A stretch of 63,565 nucleotides of DNA, taken from Methanosarcinales archaeon (GTDB lineage Archaea; Halobacteriota; Methanosarcinia; Methanosarcinales; Methanocomedenaceae). A program made the translations under genes and the position numbers. The notes beneath the pieces are model-generated. The model was not told where the DNA came from and did not search any database. It worked only from the letters and a program-made list of their open reading frames with translations. Position 1 is the stretch's first letter. Each line of letters opens with the position of its first letter. The stretch is taken from the NCBI GenBank assembly GCA_021108405.1, contig JAIOQW010000228.1, positions 1 to 63,565 of the forward strand. Direction: 5' to 3'. Of this stretch, positions 1 through 9,003 are shown piece by piece.

Positions 1-268
1 AAACATCAGGAATTGTAAGAACGGCATGTCGATGGGGAACATTGAACAATGCTTTTCTTAAAGAGTTTGCCCATTTATCAGTGTGATTCTTACCGCAATT
101 TGTACAGATACGACTGTTACATCCAAAATGAACAGTTTTTTCTGTACCACAGTTTTCACAGTAATAGGTAAAGAAGCCACGATCTGCATCCTTGCAGGTC
201 ATCATTTTAGTAACTTCATTGATTTCGACATCTCGGAGATTGGCTTTTTCAAAAAAGTTGAAATGCAT
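1..268 (-). CDS. IS91-like transposase, N-terminal zinc-binding region only; the gene continues off the left edge of the window
   Basis: Manual minus-strand translation from the ATG at 268-266 gives MHFNFFEKANLRDVEINEVTKMMTCKDADRGFFTYYCENCGTEKTVHFGCNSRICTNCGKNHTDKWANSLRKALFNVPHRHAVLTIPDV. The CxxC...CxxxxCxxC spacing followed by HAVLTIP matches my memory of IS91-family N-termini. It is absent from the ORF track because it runs off the edge. Confidence 0.55.
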   Translation of the reverse strand, partial: MHFNFFEKANLRDVEINEVTKMMTCKDADRGFFTYYCENCGTEKTVHFGCNSRICTNCGKNHTDKWANSLRKALFNVPHRHAVLTIPDV

Positions 269-428
269 CCCAATTGTTATTATCTGCAAATATAGATTTA
301 ACTGTGATAGTCGAATTATTGTTGTGAAATGTTCCGGATGAAAGGATGTCGCATTGCACCAGAGTAATGAAGTATTGAGATAACTAATAATTTTTGAATT
401 GTTGGTATGAAATTATATACTTTATATA

Positions 429-1325
429 CTATAAAAAATCAAGATTGTCATAGGAAGAATATCCTGCATCTGCCACCAATATTGTTGGTTTAATACCCAT
501 TGTAGCCCAGATATGGCGTATCATTGGTTTAACTTGATGTACGTCATTTTGCTCATCAACGAGATCGGCTGCAACAATCACCTGTTCTTTATCATCCACA
601 GCAATTTGGCCATTATACGATGGTTTTTTTGAGCCATCCTTGTGTTTCATAATTTTTGCATCATTGTCGGTAACGTTTATTTTATCAAGGTCTTCTTCTT
701 CTTCAAGTTTCTCTTTTGCCTTCTGAATCGTTTCCAATCTTCTCTTCTTGTTTGCTAATTCTTTTGGTATTTGATATGGTGATGATTCACCATACATTTC
801 ATCTTCTGCTTCATCGATTTCAATACTTTCTTTGAATATTCGATCTATTTCCTTATTAAGAGCATCGGCATCTTTGCTTTGCTTCACAGAAGCACTTGCT
901 TTTATTTTGGTTCCGTCAAGTGATATCTTTCCAGCACCTAGCATGCCCATTTTTTTGCAAATTGTGACAACTTGTGAAAACACATCTCTGATTGAATCAA
1001 GGTGGGTTGAACGAAATCGACAAATTGTTCGAAAATCGGGATGTTGCATGGCAGCAAGATACACAAAAGCAGTATCAGTATACGTCATACTGTGAATGTC
1101 TCTTGAGCTTCGAATGTTAATAGTATAGCCATATAGCAATATTTTCATAAGAAGTAGTGGATGATAAGCCGGACAACCATTTTTAGAATATGTAGATTCA
1201 ATACCAGTTATGTCGATTCCCTCTATTATGTCGTTAAGAATTCTGGCAATATGGTCTTCTGGAATAAAACTTTCTAAGCTTACGGGAAATAAAAATTGTT
1301 GATTCTGATCATATTTTTTGAACAT
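429..1325 (-). pseudogene. IS1182/IS5-superfamily DDE transposase, C-terminally truncated
   Basis: The N-terminus has FIPEDHIARIL...GCPAYHPLLLMKILLYGY...SSRDI...FRTICRFR, typical of the DUF772-type domain, followed by DGTKIKA and LVADAGY acidic motifs. The ORF stops just after DAGYSSYDNLDFL, so the third catalytic region is missing. AT-rich non-coding DNA and then the IS91-like gene follow. Confidence 0.75.
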
Positions 1326-1467
1326 GATACCACCATTGTACTATTATCATAAAATGCAAAGCTACAATAAAAGCAAGATAAATTATATATTGCTCTTAAA
1401 ATACTTCTTGACTACAATTTGATACTATTTTATATGATATCAGTTCATTGGAACATGTGATCTCCTT

Positions 1468-2201
1468 ATGGCGTATGAGGATCTAAGTATTGTACTGGTA
1501 ACGTTAAGAAAGAAATTGATAATACTTGCATTAATCCTGATTTTAGGTATCTTCGTATCCTTTCCATTAACAGGCAGACTGATCAATAATATAAACAATA
1601 ATGTATTACCAGAAGGTGCTTCTGTTATATTTCTATCGCCTCTGGAAGTTATTTTCCTTAAAATGAAGATTGCACTTATTATAGGTGTGCTACTTATCAT
1701 ACCGCTGGTATTATATTATATTTATTCAGCAATAAAAACGAGAACAAACAGGAAGATCTTTATATCCAGGTCATCAATATTTCTTATCTGTCTGGCGCTA
1801 TTGTTTTTTTCCTGCTGGGGGCTGGATATGCATATTATTTGATGCTCCCGTCATTTATCGATTTCCTGTACCAGAATGCTGCATCTTCCGGAGTGGTTGC
1901 CACATATTCTATTGCTGAATTCATATCTTTCGTGGCATTGACCACAGTTATCTTCGGGCTGGTATTTGAATTACCCTTGTTTATCATTATTCTGGTCCGT
2001 AGCAGGTTAGTGGAACGGGATTTACTGGTACATTATAGGTTTCATGTATATATCGGACTATTGATACTATCAGCTTTGATAACACCGCCCGATGTTTTCA
2101 GCCAGATCATTATTGCTGTGCCACTGATCATGTTGTTTGAAATAAGCCTGGTGATTGTTCGATTTGTGGGTAAGCCTGGTGATTGTTCGATTTGTGGGTA
2201 A
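1468..2201 (+). pseudogene. tatC: Sec-independent protein translocase TatC, split by a frameshift and with an altered 3' end
   Basis: ORFs 1468-1842 and 1839-2201 are two halves of one TatC; the second half carries LITPPDVFSQIIIAVPLIMLFEIS. The frames join across the T7 run at 1804-1810, and one extra T would restore LALLFFFLLGAGYAYYLMLPSFIDFL. The last codons are changed by a 28-bp tandem duplication. Confidence 0.8.
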
Positions 2202-2206
2202 GCCTG
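2143..2206 (+). repeat. 28-bp perfect tandem duplication (2 units plus 8 bp of a third) inside the tatC 3' end
   Basis: The unit taagcctggtgattgttcgatttgtggg occurs at 2143-2170 and 2171-2198, followed by taagcctg. The single-copy version at 3415-3457 encodes ...RFVGKPVR*. The duplicated version shifts the frame to ...RFVGKPGDCSICG*. Confidence 0.9.
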
Positions 2207-2384
2207 TTAGATGAGAATAGGTTTTTTTGGAAAAAATTCTAAAAATCAAGTATAAAATTTTAACCCCGACCCCCACCGGCGGTAGCCCTCAGATCAAACG
2301 AAGGCCAGCCCAAAATTCGCGCATATAGCCAGGCAGAGGGCATCCCACCCTACAAAACTCCATCTGACTAACGAAGGAGATATT

Positions 2385-2591
2385 TTGGATATAGTTAAGC
2401 ATAATGCACTTGAGGAGTTGAACCTTCGGTGGAGTAGAATGCATATTCGAAGGCATACAGGAAAGAGTAAGACGACTAAAGAAATGACGAAATATGACGC
2501 TCTTCTTGCTGTTTTATCTAATCTTGGAAATGAAGATCGTGTTAAAGCTATTTTTAGTGACGTGGAAGATTTTTTCCACAATGTCCCTTAA
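2385..2591 (+). CDS. hypothetical protein (68 aa)
   Basis: Open frame only, with no motif I recognise. It lies inside the segment bracketed by the tatC repeats. Confidence 0.25.
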   Translation: MDIVKHNALEELNLRWSRMHIRRHTGKSKTTKEMTKYDALLAVLSNLGNEDRVKAIFSDVEDFFHNVP

Positions 2592-2799
2592 TTAAATCTG
2601 ATGTGAAAAGACTCGAAATGCTTCGGGGATTTGTTGTACTTGTTGAGGATGAGTTTAATGACGTGTCGGATGAGAATGTTAACATGTGGCTGTCTAATTT
2701 TATTGACACAGAAGTTAGATTGACGCCATAGCTTTGAACATTTTTTTTGCGAATTCTTTTTAACAGATTGAGGAAATATACATTTAAGGAAGTTAGAAA

Positions 2800-3015
2800 A
2801 TGAAGTTCAAAGTAATTATTGGAGAGGATTTAGAAGATGAGGGATACAATGTAAGCTGCCCTTCATTACCAGGATGCCATTCCCAAGGTGATACGATAGA
2901 AGATGCGTTGAAAAACATCAAAGAAGCAATAGAGTGCTATTTAGAGAGCTTGGAAAAGGATAATTTATCAGTTTCAACTGAGCCAAGACTTGAGATCATG
3001 GAAGTTACTGTATGA
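2800..3015 (+). CDS. hicB: HicB-family antitoxin (UPF0150-like, short form)
   Basis: The sequence MKFKVIIGEDLEDEGYNVSCPSLPGCHSQGDTIEDALKNIKEAIECYLESL fits the HicB/UPF0150 pattern (PxLPGC.sqG.T.eEA..n..EAi). It overlaps hicA by 4 bp. Confidence 0.8.
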   Translation: MKFKVIIGEDLEDEGYNVSCPSLPGCHSQGDTIEDALKNIKEAIECYLESLEKDNLSVSTEPRLEIMEVTV

Positions 3016-3236
3016 CAAAATTGCCTGTTGTTTCTGGAAAACAAGTGATTAAAGCATTAGGAAAGGCAGGTTTTTATATTCATCATCAAAAAGGCAGTCA
3101 TGTTACGCTCCGTAAGGAAGAGTATCACCAAGTTCGTGTTATAGTACCCGTTCATCAAGTTGTGAAGAAAGGAACGCTCAGAAGCATTATAAAGGATGCG
3201 GGTTTAACAGTTGAAGAATTTGTTGAGTTGTTATAA
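3012..3236 (+). CDS. hicA: HicA-family mRNA interferase toxin
   Basis: VSGKQVIKALGKAGFYIHHQKGSHVTLRKE matches the YcfA/HicA signature (G.e.ik.L.k.Gf....qkGSH). It is 74 aa and coupled to hicB. Confidence 0.8.
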   Translation: MTKLPVVSGKQVIKALGKAGFYIHHQKGSHVTLRKEEYHQVRVIVPVHQVVKKGTLRSIIKDAGLTVEEFVELL

Positions 3237-3333
3237 TAAAAGGTTTAATTGAAGTGCACCCCTAAAAGTGGACAGGTAGTTAAGCAACTGTCAAAGGTGA
3301 AGTGAAATTTCACAATATTTTAATTATCCTAAA

Positions 3334-3457
3334 CCTGTACCAGAATGCTGCATCTTCCGGAGTGGTTGCCACATATTCTATTGCTGAATTCATATCTTTC
3401 GTGGCATTTGAAATAAGCCTGGTGATTGTTCGATTTGTGGGTAAGCCTGTTAGATGA
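3334..3457 (+). repeat. Recombinant partial second copy of tatC (mid-gene 75 bp fused to the last ~49 bp)
   Basis: 3334-3408 matches 1865-1939, and 3409-3457 matches the single-unit version of 2137-2214 through gttagatga. The antisense track ORFs 2070-2276 and 3310-3519 share HLTGLPTNRTITRL for the same reason. Confidence 0.9.
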
Positions 3458-3584
3458 TACTTTTTAATTATTTTCTGGTGACAATGACATTTAAAAATAG
3501 GGTAATTGATTATCTCCATTTACTTGACAGGGAGAAATTACACCAGATACATCAGCTTTGTGGAAGTAAATATTTGTCTTTTTA

Positions 3585-3697
3585 TAGTATATCAAGTATA
3601 ACTTGATATATCGAAAATGCTCACTCCGTTCACATTTTCTAATCTTCAGCTTCTCCGAAGCTTCAGTCAAAAAAATCCGAGCGCTAGCGAGGATTTT
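3585..3697 (-). repeat. Composite of hairpin modules just downstream of the 3707-4243 gene: a P palindrome, two short hairpins, and an H hairpin followed by a T-run (putative terminator)
   Basis: The P module agtatatcaagtataacttgatata lies at ~3587-3612. The H module aaaatccgagcgctagcgaggatttt lies at 3672-3697 and on the minus strand is followed by T7. The region 3641-3697 is the reverse complement of 19119-19175 with few mismatches. Confidence 0.7.
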
Positions 3698-3706
3698 GTT
3701 CTGATC

Positions 3707-4243
3707 CTATTCCCACATTTCAATTACCCTATCTACTAACGTATCCAAAAAGCTTTCCTTATAAATTATCAACAACCTGATAATCTCCTCTTTTTCCATC
3801 TTGATATTATACCTTTTATATCTCCCTTCTTTAATAGATCTAATAATATTATTGTTTTCTAATTTTTTTAAATGCCATGAGACTGTTGAGGGTGATAAAG
3901 AAACAGACTCAACAATGTGTTCGTGATTGCAATTTTCATTTATCAAAATATGGAGTAAAATATTTCTAACACTTTTTTGTCTCAGCAATCCTAGTAATTT
4001 AGTGTTTTGTAGTTTAAGATTATTAGGAAAATAACGCAGATTATTTCCTTCCTTTTCTCGTTTAATCAAATTATGTTTGGCCAAATAATCAAGATGATAT
4101 TTTACAGATCCGGTAGACAATCCACTCTTTCGTTCGATCTCTCGAAAATGACAGCCTGCATATTGTTGAACAAGATTATATATTTTTCTCCTGACATCTA
4201 ATTCAAGTATCCTTTCCTTTTCATTAATAGAATTAGCAGGCAT
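3707..4243 (-). CDS. Transcriptional regulator with two winged-helix (ArsR-like) domains
   Basis: Two wHTH-like blocks are present: FREIERKSGLSTGSVKYHLDYLAKHNLIKRE and EHIVESVSLSPSTVSWHLKKLENNNIIRS. Confidence 0.6.
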   Translation of the reverse strand: MPANSINEKERILELDVRRKIYNLVQQYAGCHFREIERKSGLSTGSVKYHLDYLAKHNLIKREKEGNNLRYFPNNLKLQNTKLLGLLRQKSVRNILLHILINENCNHEHIVESVSLSPSTVSWHLKKLENNNIIRSIKEGRYKRYNIKMEKEEIIRLLIIYKESFLDTLVDRVIEMWE

Positions 4244-4253
4244 ATCTGCACCT

Positions 4254-4619
4254 TTACTTTTTCAATATTCCAAAAAAGAAACACAAGAGGATTGCAAAAT
4301 CAAGAAAGCTAGCTACCGGATCCACCCAGTTTCTCTCCAAAAAGAAGAGATCAGAAGCACTCAGGAACCCTTTTACTGCAAACAAAAAGAAGGCGGCAGT
4401 TACAAATAATAACCTTTTTCTTCCATCTCTTCTATAAGCAATGAAACTGATAATAAAAAGGGCAGTTGCCAGTAGACTGCTACTTAGTATTATAATTTTT
4501 TCTAATTCAATTCCTGAATTAGAATCCAAATAATCTACTTCTATATCAGCCAGTGAATTAGGACAAAATATTAAAAATATCAAAATTATAAAAAATAATA
4601 TTTTAATTTTATTGTTCAT
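4254..4619 (-). CDS. Small membrane protein (signal/anchor plus two further TM helices)
   Basis: Hydrophobic N-terminus MNNKIKILFFIILIFLIFCPNSLA plus two more hydrophobic stretches. It lies 10 bp upstream of the wHTH regulator on the same strand. Confidence 0.45.
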   Translation of the reverse strand: MNNKIKILFFIILIFLIFCPNSLADIEVDYLDSNSGIELEKIIILSSSLLATALFIISFIAYRRDGRKRLLFVTAAFFLFAVKGFLSASDLFFLERNWVDPVASFLDFAILLCFFFGILKK

Positions 4620-4656
4620 ACATCATCACCTTAGTAAAAAGAAAAAAATTGAAACC

Positions 4657-5052
4657 TTATCTTAAGATTTCAATGCTTACTAATTCTAGTTTTTCTCCAC
4701 TATCCGGCTTGATTTCAAGGACTGATCCTCCAACATCCTCACAATAATACTTGTGTTCTACAACACCCGGCTCAAGTGGGGTATAGTCAAGTGTTTTTAA
4801 ACAACCTTTATAATTTCCAGCAGGTACTTGTACAGATTCTCCAAGCGCTAGAATTTCTGCCATATCTTCAGCCACGCCTTTATAGAATTCTTGTTGGTAA
4901 ATTTCTCCAACAACAGGGTTTGCTTTCATTATTATTCCTGGTTTTGCTCCATCAACACCAGCTTCCCAGCTACCGGCATGATTTATGATCTTACCATCAA
5001 GCATTTCTTTTGAGTCTTCACCAAAATACCAGACATTTCCGTGCTTATCTTG
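4657..5052 (-). pseudogene. 5'-truncated remnant of a secreted-protein gene (unknown family)
   Basis: The reading frame stays open upstream of the first Met (QDKHGNVWYFGEDSKEMLDGK...) back to a stop at 5053-5055, with no start codon or signal peptide. The 115-aa track ORF is probably the C-terminal piece of a longer protein. Confidence 0.35.
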
Positions 5053-5571
5053 TTATCATTAACATTTTTATTAGTATATTTCTATTAATTTCCTGGACCT
5101 CCTATTAAAAGTCTAAATAAAAAATAGATATACACGTTTAAATAATTCGTAGTTCAAAAATAGAACAGTAGTACAATCATCGAATTATCCCGTTATCGTT
5201 TGGAGGCACCAGATCATTAAGTGTAAAGATATATACGCTGTGGTCCTTTGCAAACCTTATTGCTGCTTATTACATGATCAGATTTTTCCATCAAATACAA
5301 TATAATTTTTTTTTATTAACATAAGATGAATTATCATAATTTGAATTATGTTAAATTCACAATAGAAATACTGGCTTTTATAAAGCTGATCATAACACTG
5401 AAATAAACACAAACGGTAGATATAACACGCCTTTACTTTCTTCCAATACATCCGGACATGCAATAACAGTCAAAAAACAGCGCCAGGGATGGGGTTCGGT
5501 CATGTGTAGGAAGGGCAGCGCAGGTGAGTGGAGGGTGGCAGGCGACGGGAGAGTGATTGGAGGAGGTAAAT

Positions 5572-6966
5572 CTACACTTCTTCGATAAATATATTTTCAA
5601 GGTCTTTCAGGTCGAAGAGCAGCACATCATCTCTTGCAGCAAGTTTTTTCATGCTTTGCGTGAATCCTGATTTTGATATCAGACAATAAATCTCCTTACG
5701 TTCTGAACCTCCCCATTTTACATATCTAATTTTATTTCTGAGGTTCAGATAGATATCAGTATTAACTTTTTTGTTTGTGTATATACATTCACAAAATAAT
5801 ATTTCTTTTGTGATGTCATTTATAGCAACTATATCGATTTCATTACCCTTATGCCACCATGAGCCAATCCCGGTGAAATTGAATGGTTTTTTCATTAACA
5901 GAAATTCAATGCATATCTTCTCGAATACACGTGAGCACATTTTGTTATTATATTCCATAATGGATTTTACAAGTTCGGAAGATAGATTCTTTTCTATCAT
6001 TTCCATATTATTAAATACATATTTAAACCAGAACACAAAAAAATTATCTTCTATTACATAGATGCCCTTTCTCGATTTTACGTTTTCAGTAACCGGTATA
6101 TGCCTCTTGACGAGTTTCAGATCAGACAGTACTGATAAATATTTGGTTATTATACCCTTTTCATAACCGGTATGGTTTATGATCTCAGATAGTATTGTTT
6201 TACCGATAGAGATTGCATTCAGTATGCTGAAATAGATTCGGGGTTCTTTCAACTCCTCACGCAGAAGAAACGGTACTTCGTTATACATAAAAGCATCTTT
6301 TTGGAATATTCTGTCTTCAATGCATTTGCCAATGGGAGCATCACCGAACTCAATAAGGTATGCAGGTGTTCCTCCACAGATTGAATATGTGGTTATTTTT
6401 TCTTCAAATGAGTACATCTCCATGAATTTGCATGAATTTTTAAAATCCATCTGAACAATGTTTATCTGTGCGGTTCTTCTCCCGTATAACGGGGATTTAT
6501 ATCCAAGAAGTGATTCCATCATGCTGATCGAGGAGCCACAGATTATGATTTTCAGATTTGTTTTTTTGAGTTTTTTATCCCAATAATCCTGAACTATCGA
6601 AGGCAGTGATGGATTTGCACTGACCGCATAGGGAAATTCATCGAAGACAATCGCGAAATTTTCGGTTCTGTTCCTGATAAAAAAATCCAAAAGCGAGTCC
6701 CATGTTGTAAAAGGTGCTTCTTTGATGTATTCCATATCCATCTGTTCTGCAAGCTGTGAAGAGAATCGTTCGAGCATCTCTTTCTGGGATTCAATTCTGC
6801 AAAAAAAGTAAATTCCATCAGCATCTTCCATGAACTTCTGTAAAAGCGTGCTTTTTCCAATCCGTCTTCTCCCGTATACAACTATAAATTCCGCACCTTT
6901 TGTGCTGAACCGCTCTTTTAGTGCTGTCAATTCCTGTTCCCTGTTTATAAACTTTGGATACTTCAT
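5572..6966 (-). CDS. Archaeal-type AAA ATPase (Arch_ATPase plus DUF234-like C-terminus)
   Basis: Walker A VYGRRRIGKSTLL, Walker B-like AIVFDEF, and a wHTH-like C-terminal part. The architecture matches my memory of ATPase/DUF234 proteins. Confidence 0.65.
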   Translation of the reverse strand: MKYPKFINREQELTALKERFSTKGAEFIVVYGRRRIGKSTLLQKFMEDADGIYFFCRIESQKEMLERFSSQLAEQMDMEYIKEAPFTTWDSLLDFFIRNRTENFAIVFDEFPYAVSANPSLPSIVQDYWDKKLKKTNLKIIICGSSISMMESLLGYKSPLYGRRTAQINIVQMDFKNSCKFMEMYSFEEKITTYSICGGTPAYLIEFGDAPIGKCIEDRIFQKDAFMYNEVPFLLREELKEPRIYFSILNAISIGKTILSEIINHTGYEKGIITKYLSVLSDLKLVKRHIPVTENVKSRKGIYVIEDNFFVFWFKYVFNNMEMIEKNLSSELVKSIMEYNNKMCSRVFEKICIEFLLMKKPFNFTGIGSWWHKGNEIDIVAINDITKEILFCECIYTNKKVNTDIYLNLRNKIRYVKWGGSERKEIYCLISKSGFTQSMKKLAARDDVLLFDLKDLENIFIEEV

Positions 6967-7272
6967 AGTAGACTACTTGGGAGTATCCTATATTTAAATG
7001 TTAGCACAAACTTCGTGAATCCAAGGAATAATATGTCTATTTCAAAAAGATACAAGAGCTTGCCCTTGGATTAGCAATTACAGAATTTAAGGATTTGTAA
7101 CTGGATGTACGAGAGCGACATTTTCGGGGTTAAGGACCCGGTAAGCGGTGAAATATGATACTGCTGCATTATGGGCGCTATAAGCGAGCAAATTGCTAGA
7201 TAAGATACCGCTGACCCGGCCCGCTGGAAAAGTCATTGACCATCAGACGATGGACAGAATCGAGCTTACATC

Positions 7273-8904
7273 CTACATTTCGAAATCTTTCAACCCAGGA
7301 GCTACTTTCTCTCCCGAACCCTTGGATGCCGAGATCATATCATCAATACGCAGTATCATACTGGCTGCTTCTGAGGCCGAATCAATTGCCTGGAGTTTTA
7401 CCTTCAATGGTTCCACAACGCCAGCGGCTTTCATATCCACTACTTTATTGGCAAAAATATCAAGACCTGCATATTTCTCGCCTGCCTCATGTCTGCTCCT
7501 TAATTCTACCAGTTTATCAATAGCATCTAGACCACTGTTCTCTGCCAGTGTGATTGGAATTATCTCAACAGCTTCTGCGAATTTATTCACTGCCAGTTGC
7601 TCCCTGCCTTCAATAGAATCAGCATATTCTCTTAAGCGCAGTGCCAGTTCTATTTCGGGAGAGCCGCCACCAGCTACCACACGACCATCCTCTATAACCA
7701 CACCAACTACACGTAAAGCATCATGTACCGCACGTGCCAGACTTGCTACTACCTGTTCAGTACCGCCTCGTAAGATTATAGAAATAATATTAGAATGAGG
7801 ACAATCACGGATAAATATCATTTCACCATTACCAACCATGACCTCTTCCACAACGCCAGCCGTACCCAGATCATCAGGGGTCAGTTCATCCAGGTTGGTG
7901 ATTATTTTGGCTTTAGTAGATTCAGCCAGCAGTTTAAGTTCCTTTTTTTTAACCCTATGGATAACGAAAATACCTGCCTTAGCAAGATAATGGCGGGCCA
8001 GATCATCCACACCCTTCTGGCAAAATACAGCAGTAGCACCACTATTTATTACCTTGTCCACTACTTCTTTGATCATCTGTTCTTCACTGTCTATAAAGGA
8101 CCTGCGCTGATTAATAGAAGTAAAAGATATCTCACTTTTAAATTCCATTGTTCTTACTTCAATAGGAGTAGCTAAAAGAGCGATCTTTGGATTTTCAACC
8201 CTGGTGGGCATACTCTCATGAGTACGTGTTCTATCAATGATCAATCCATTCACCATATCAGTATCATTAATACTGCCTTCTACTCTACGCTCTATTAGAA
8301 TATCCTTAATATCCACTATTCTTTTCCCGTCAGGTTCGGTTTGTGCAATAGCTTTGACTGCTTTGACTATTAAAGGTGCCAGTACATTCTTTTCTGATTC
8401 CGCACCTTTTCCTGATAATGCAGTATCAGCGATCCTGATAAGTGTTTCATCATCATCTTCACTGACCTTGATATAGATATCATCAAGTATTTCATGAGCT
8501 TTATTTGCAGCCATCTTGTAACCTGAAGAAATGGTAGTACAATGGATATTCAATTCCATCAATTCTTCAGCCTTAGCCAGTAGTTCACCTGCCAGTACAG
8601 CAGCAGTAGTTGTACCGTCACCAACTTCATCGTCCTGTGTCTTGGCTACCTCTACTATCATCTTGGCTGCCGGATGTTTGATATCCATCTCATCAAGAAT
8701 TGTGGCTCCATCATTGGTAATTGTTACCTGGCCGGCTGAATTTGCCAGCATCTTGTCCATTCCTCTGGGACCCAGGGTAGTACGTATCGCCGCAGCTACT
8801 ACCTTAGCAGCCATAATATTGCCTTTTTTTGCTTCATTACCCGTTGTCCGTTGTGTACCTTCTTTAAGGATCAGAATTGGCTGACCGCCTAATTGTGCTG
8901 CCAT
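7273..8904 (-). CDS. ths: Thermosome subunit (group II chaperonin)
   Basis: Motifs [36 protein letters not shown] and [12 protein letters not shown], in a 543-aa protein. Confidence 0.95.
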   Translation of the reverse strand: MAAQLGGQPILILKEGTQRTTGNEAKKGNIMAAKVVAAAIRTTLGPRGMDKMLANSAGQVTITNDGATILDEMDIKHPAAKMIVEVAKTQDDEVGDGTTTAAVLAGELLAKAEELMELNIHCTTISSGYKMAANKAHEILDDIYIKVSEDDDETLIRIADTALSGKGAESEKNVLAPLIVKAVKAIAQTEPDGKRIVDIKDILIERRVEGSINDTDMVNGLIIDRTRTHESMPTRVENPKIALLATPIEVRTMEFKSEISFTSINQRRSFIDSEEQMIKEVVDKVINSGATAVFCQKGVDDLARHYLAKAGIFVIHRVKKKELKLLAESTKAKIITNLDELTPDDLGTAGVVEEVMVGNGEMIFIRDCPHSNIISIILRGGTEQVVASLARAVHDALRVVGVVIEDGRVVAGGGSPEIELALRLREYADSIEGREQLAVNKFAEAVEIIPITLAENSGLDAIDKLVELRSRHEAGEKYAGLDIFANKVVDMKAAGVVEPLKVKLQAIDSASEAASMILRIDDMISASKGSGEKVAPGLKDFEM

Positions 8905-9003
8905 ATTTATTCTCCAATTATTATTAATATTATCATCATTATTTTATAATTATTATATATATTATTGTTGGTATCGCAATTCGATTTGCGTATGTTTGAA
9001 CTT

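Noticed and set aside
83-295. 70-aa plus-strand ORF from the track
   Set aside because: It lies antisense to a much more convincing minus-strand reading frame, the IS91-like zinc-binding N-terminus starting at 268. Its own sequence is low-complexity with no motif.
1800-1842. Programmed -1 ribosomal frameshift at the tatC T7 run
   Set aside because: The run is G TTT TTT C in the zero frame, not a clean X XXY YYZ heptamer, and I see no downstream pseudoknot or hairpin. A homopolymer indel, real or from sequencing, is the simpler explanation. It is kept only as a note in the tatC finding.
2261-2345. GC-rich patches (also 5476-5570, 7100-7270, 43141-43240, 62031-62110) checked as tRNA or other stable RNA genes
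   Set aside because: None shows an acceptor or T-arm (GTTCRAATC-like) pattern or a 7-nt anticodon loop. The 62055-62075 hairpin has a 5-nt loop. No rRNA-like sequence is present.
2070-3519. Minus-strand ORFs 2070-2276 and 3310-3519 sharing HLTGLPTNRTITRL, which looked like a duplicated small gene
   Set aside because: The shared peptide is just the antisense reading of the duplicated tatC 3' end. The repeat is real but these ORFs are not genes.
7193-8884. Several long plus-strand ORFs (7193-7798, 7795-8175, 8237-8476, 8531-8884)
   Set aside because: All are antisense to the thermosome gene. Their Ser/Thr/Ala/Ile-rich translations are typical shadow ORFs of a highly expressed gene.
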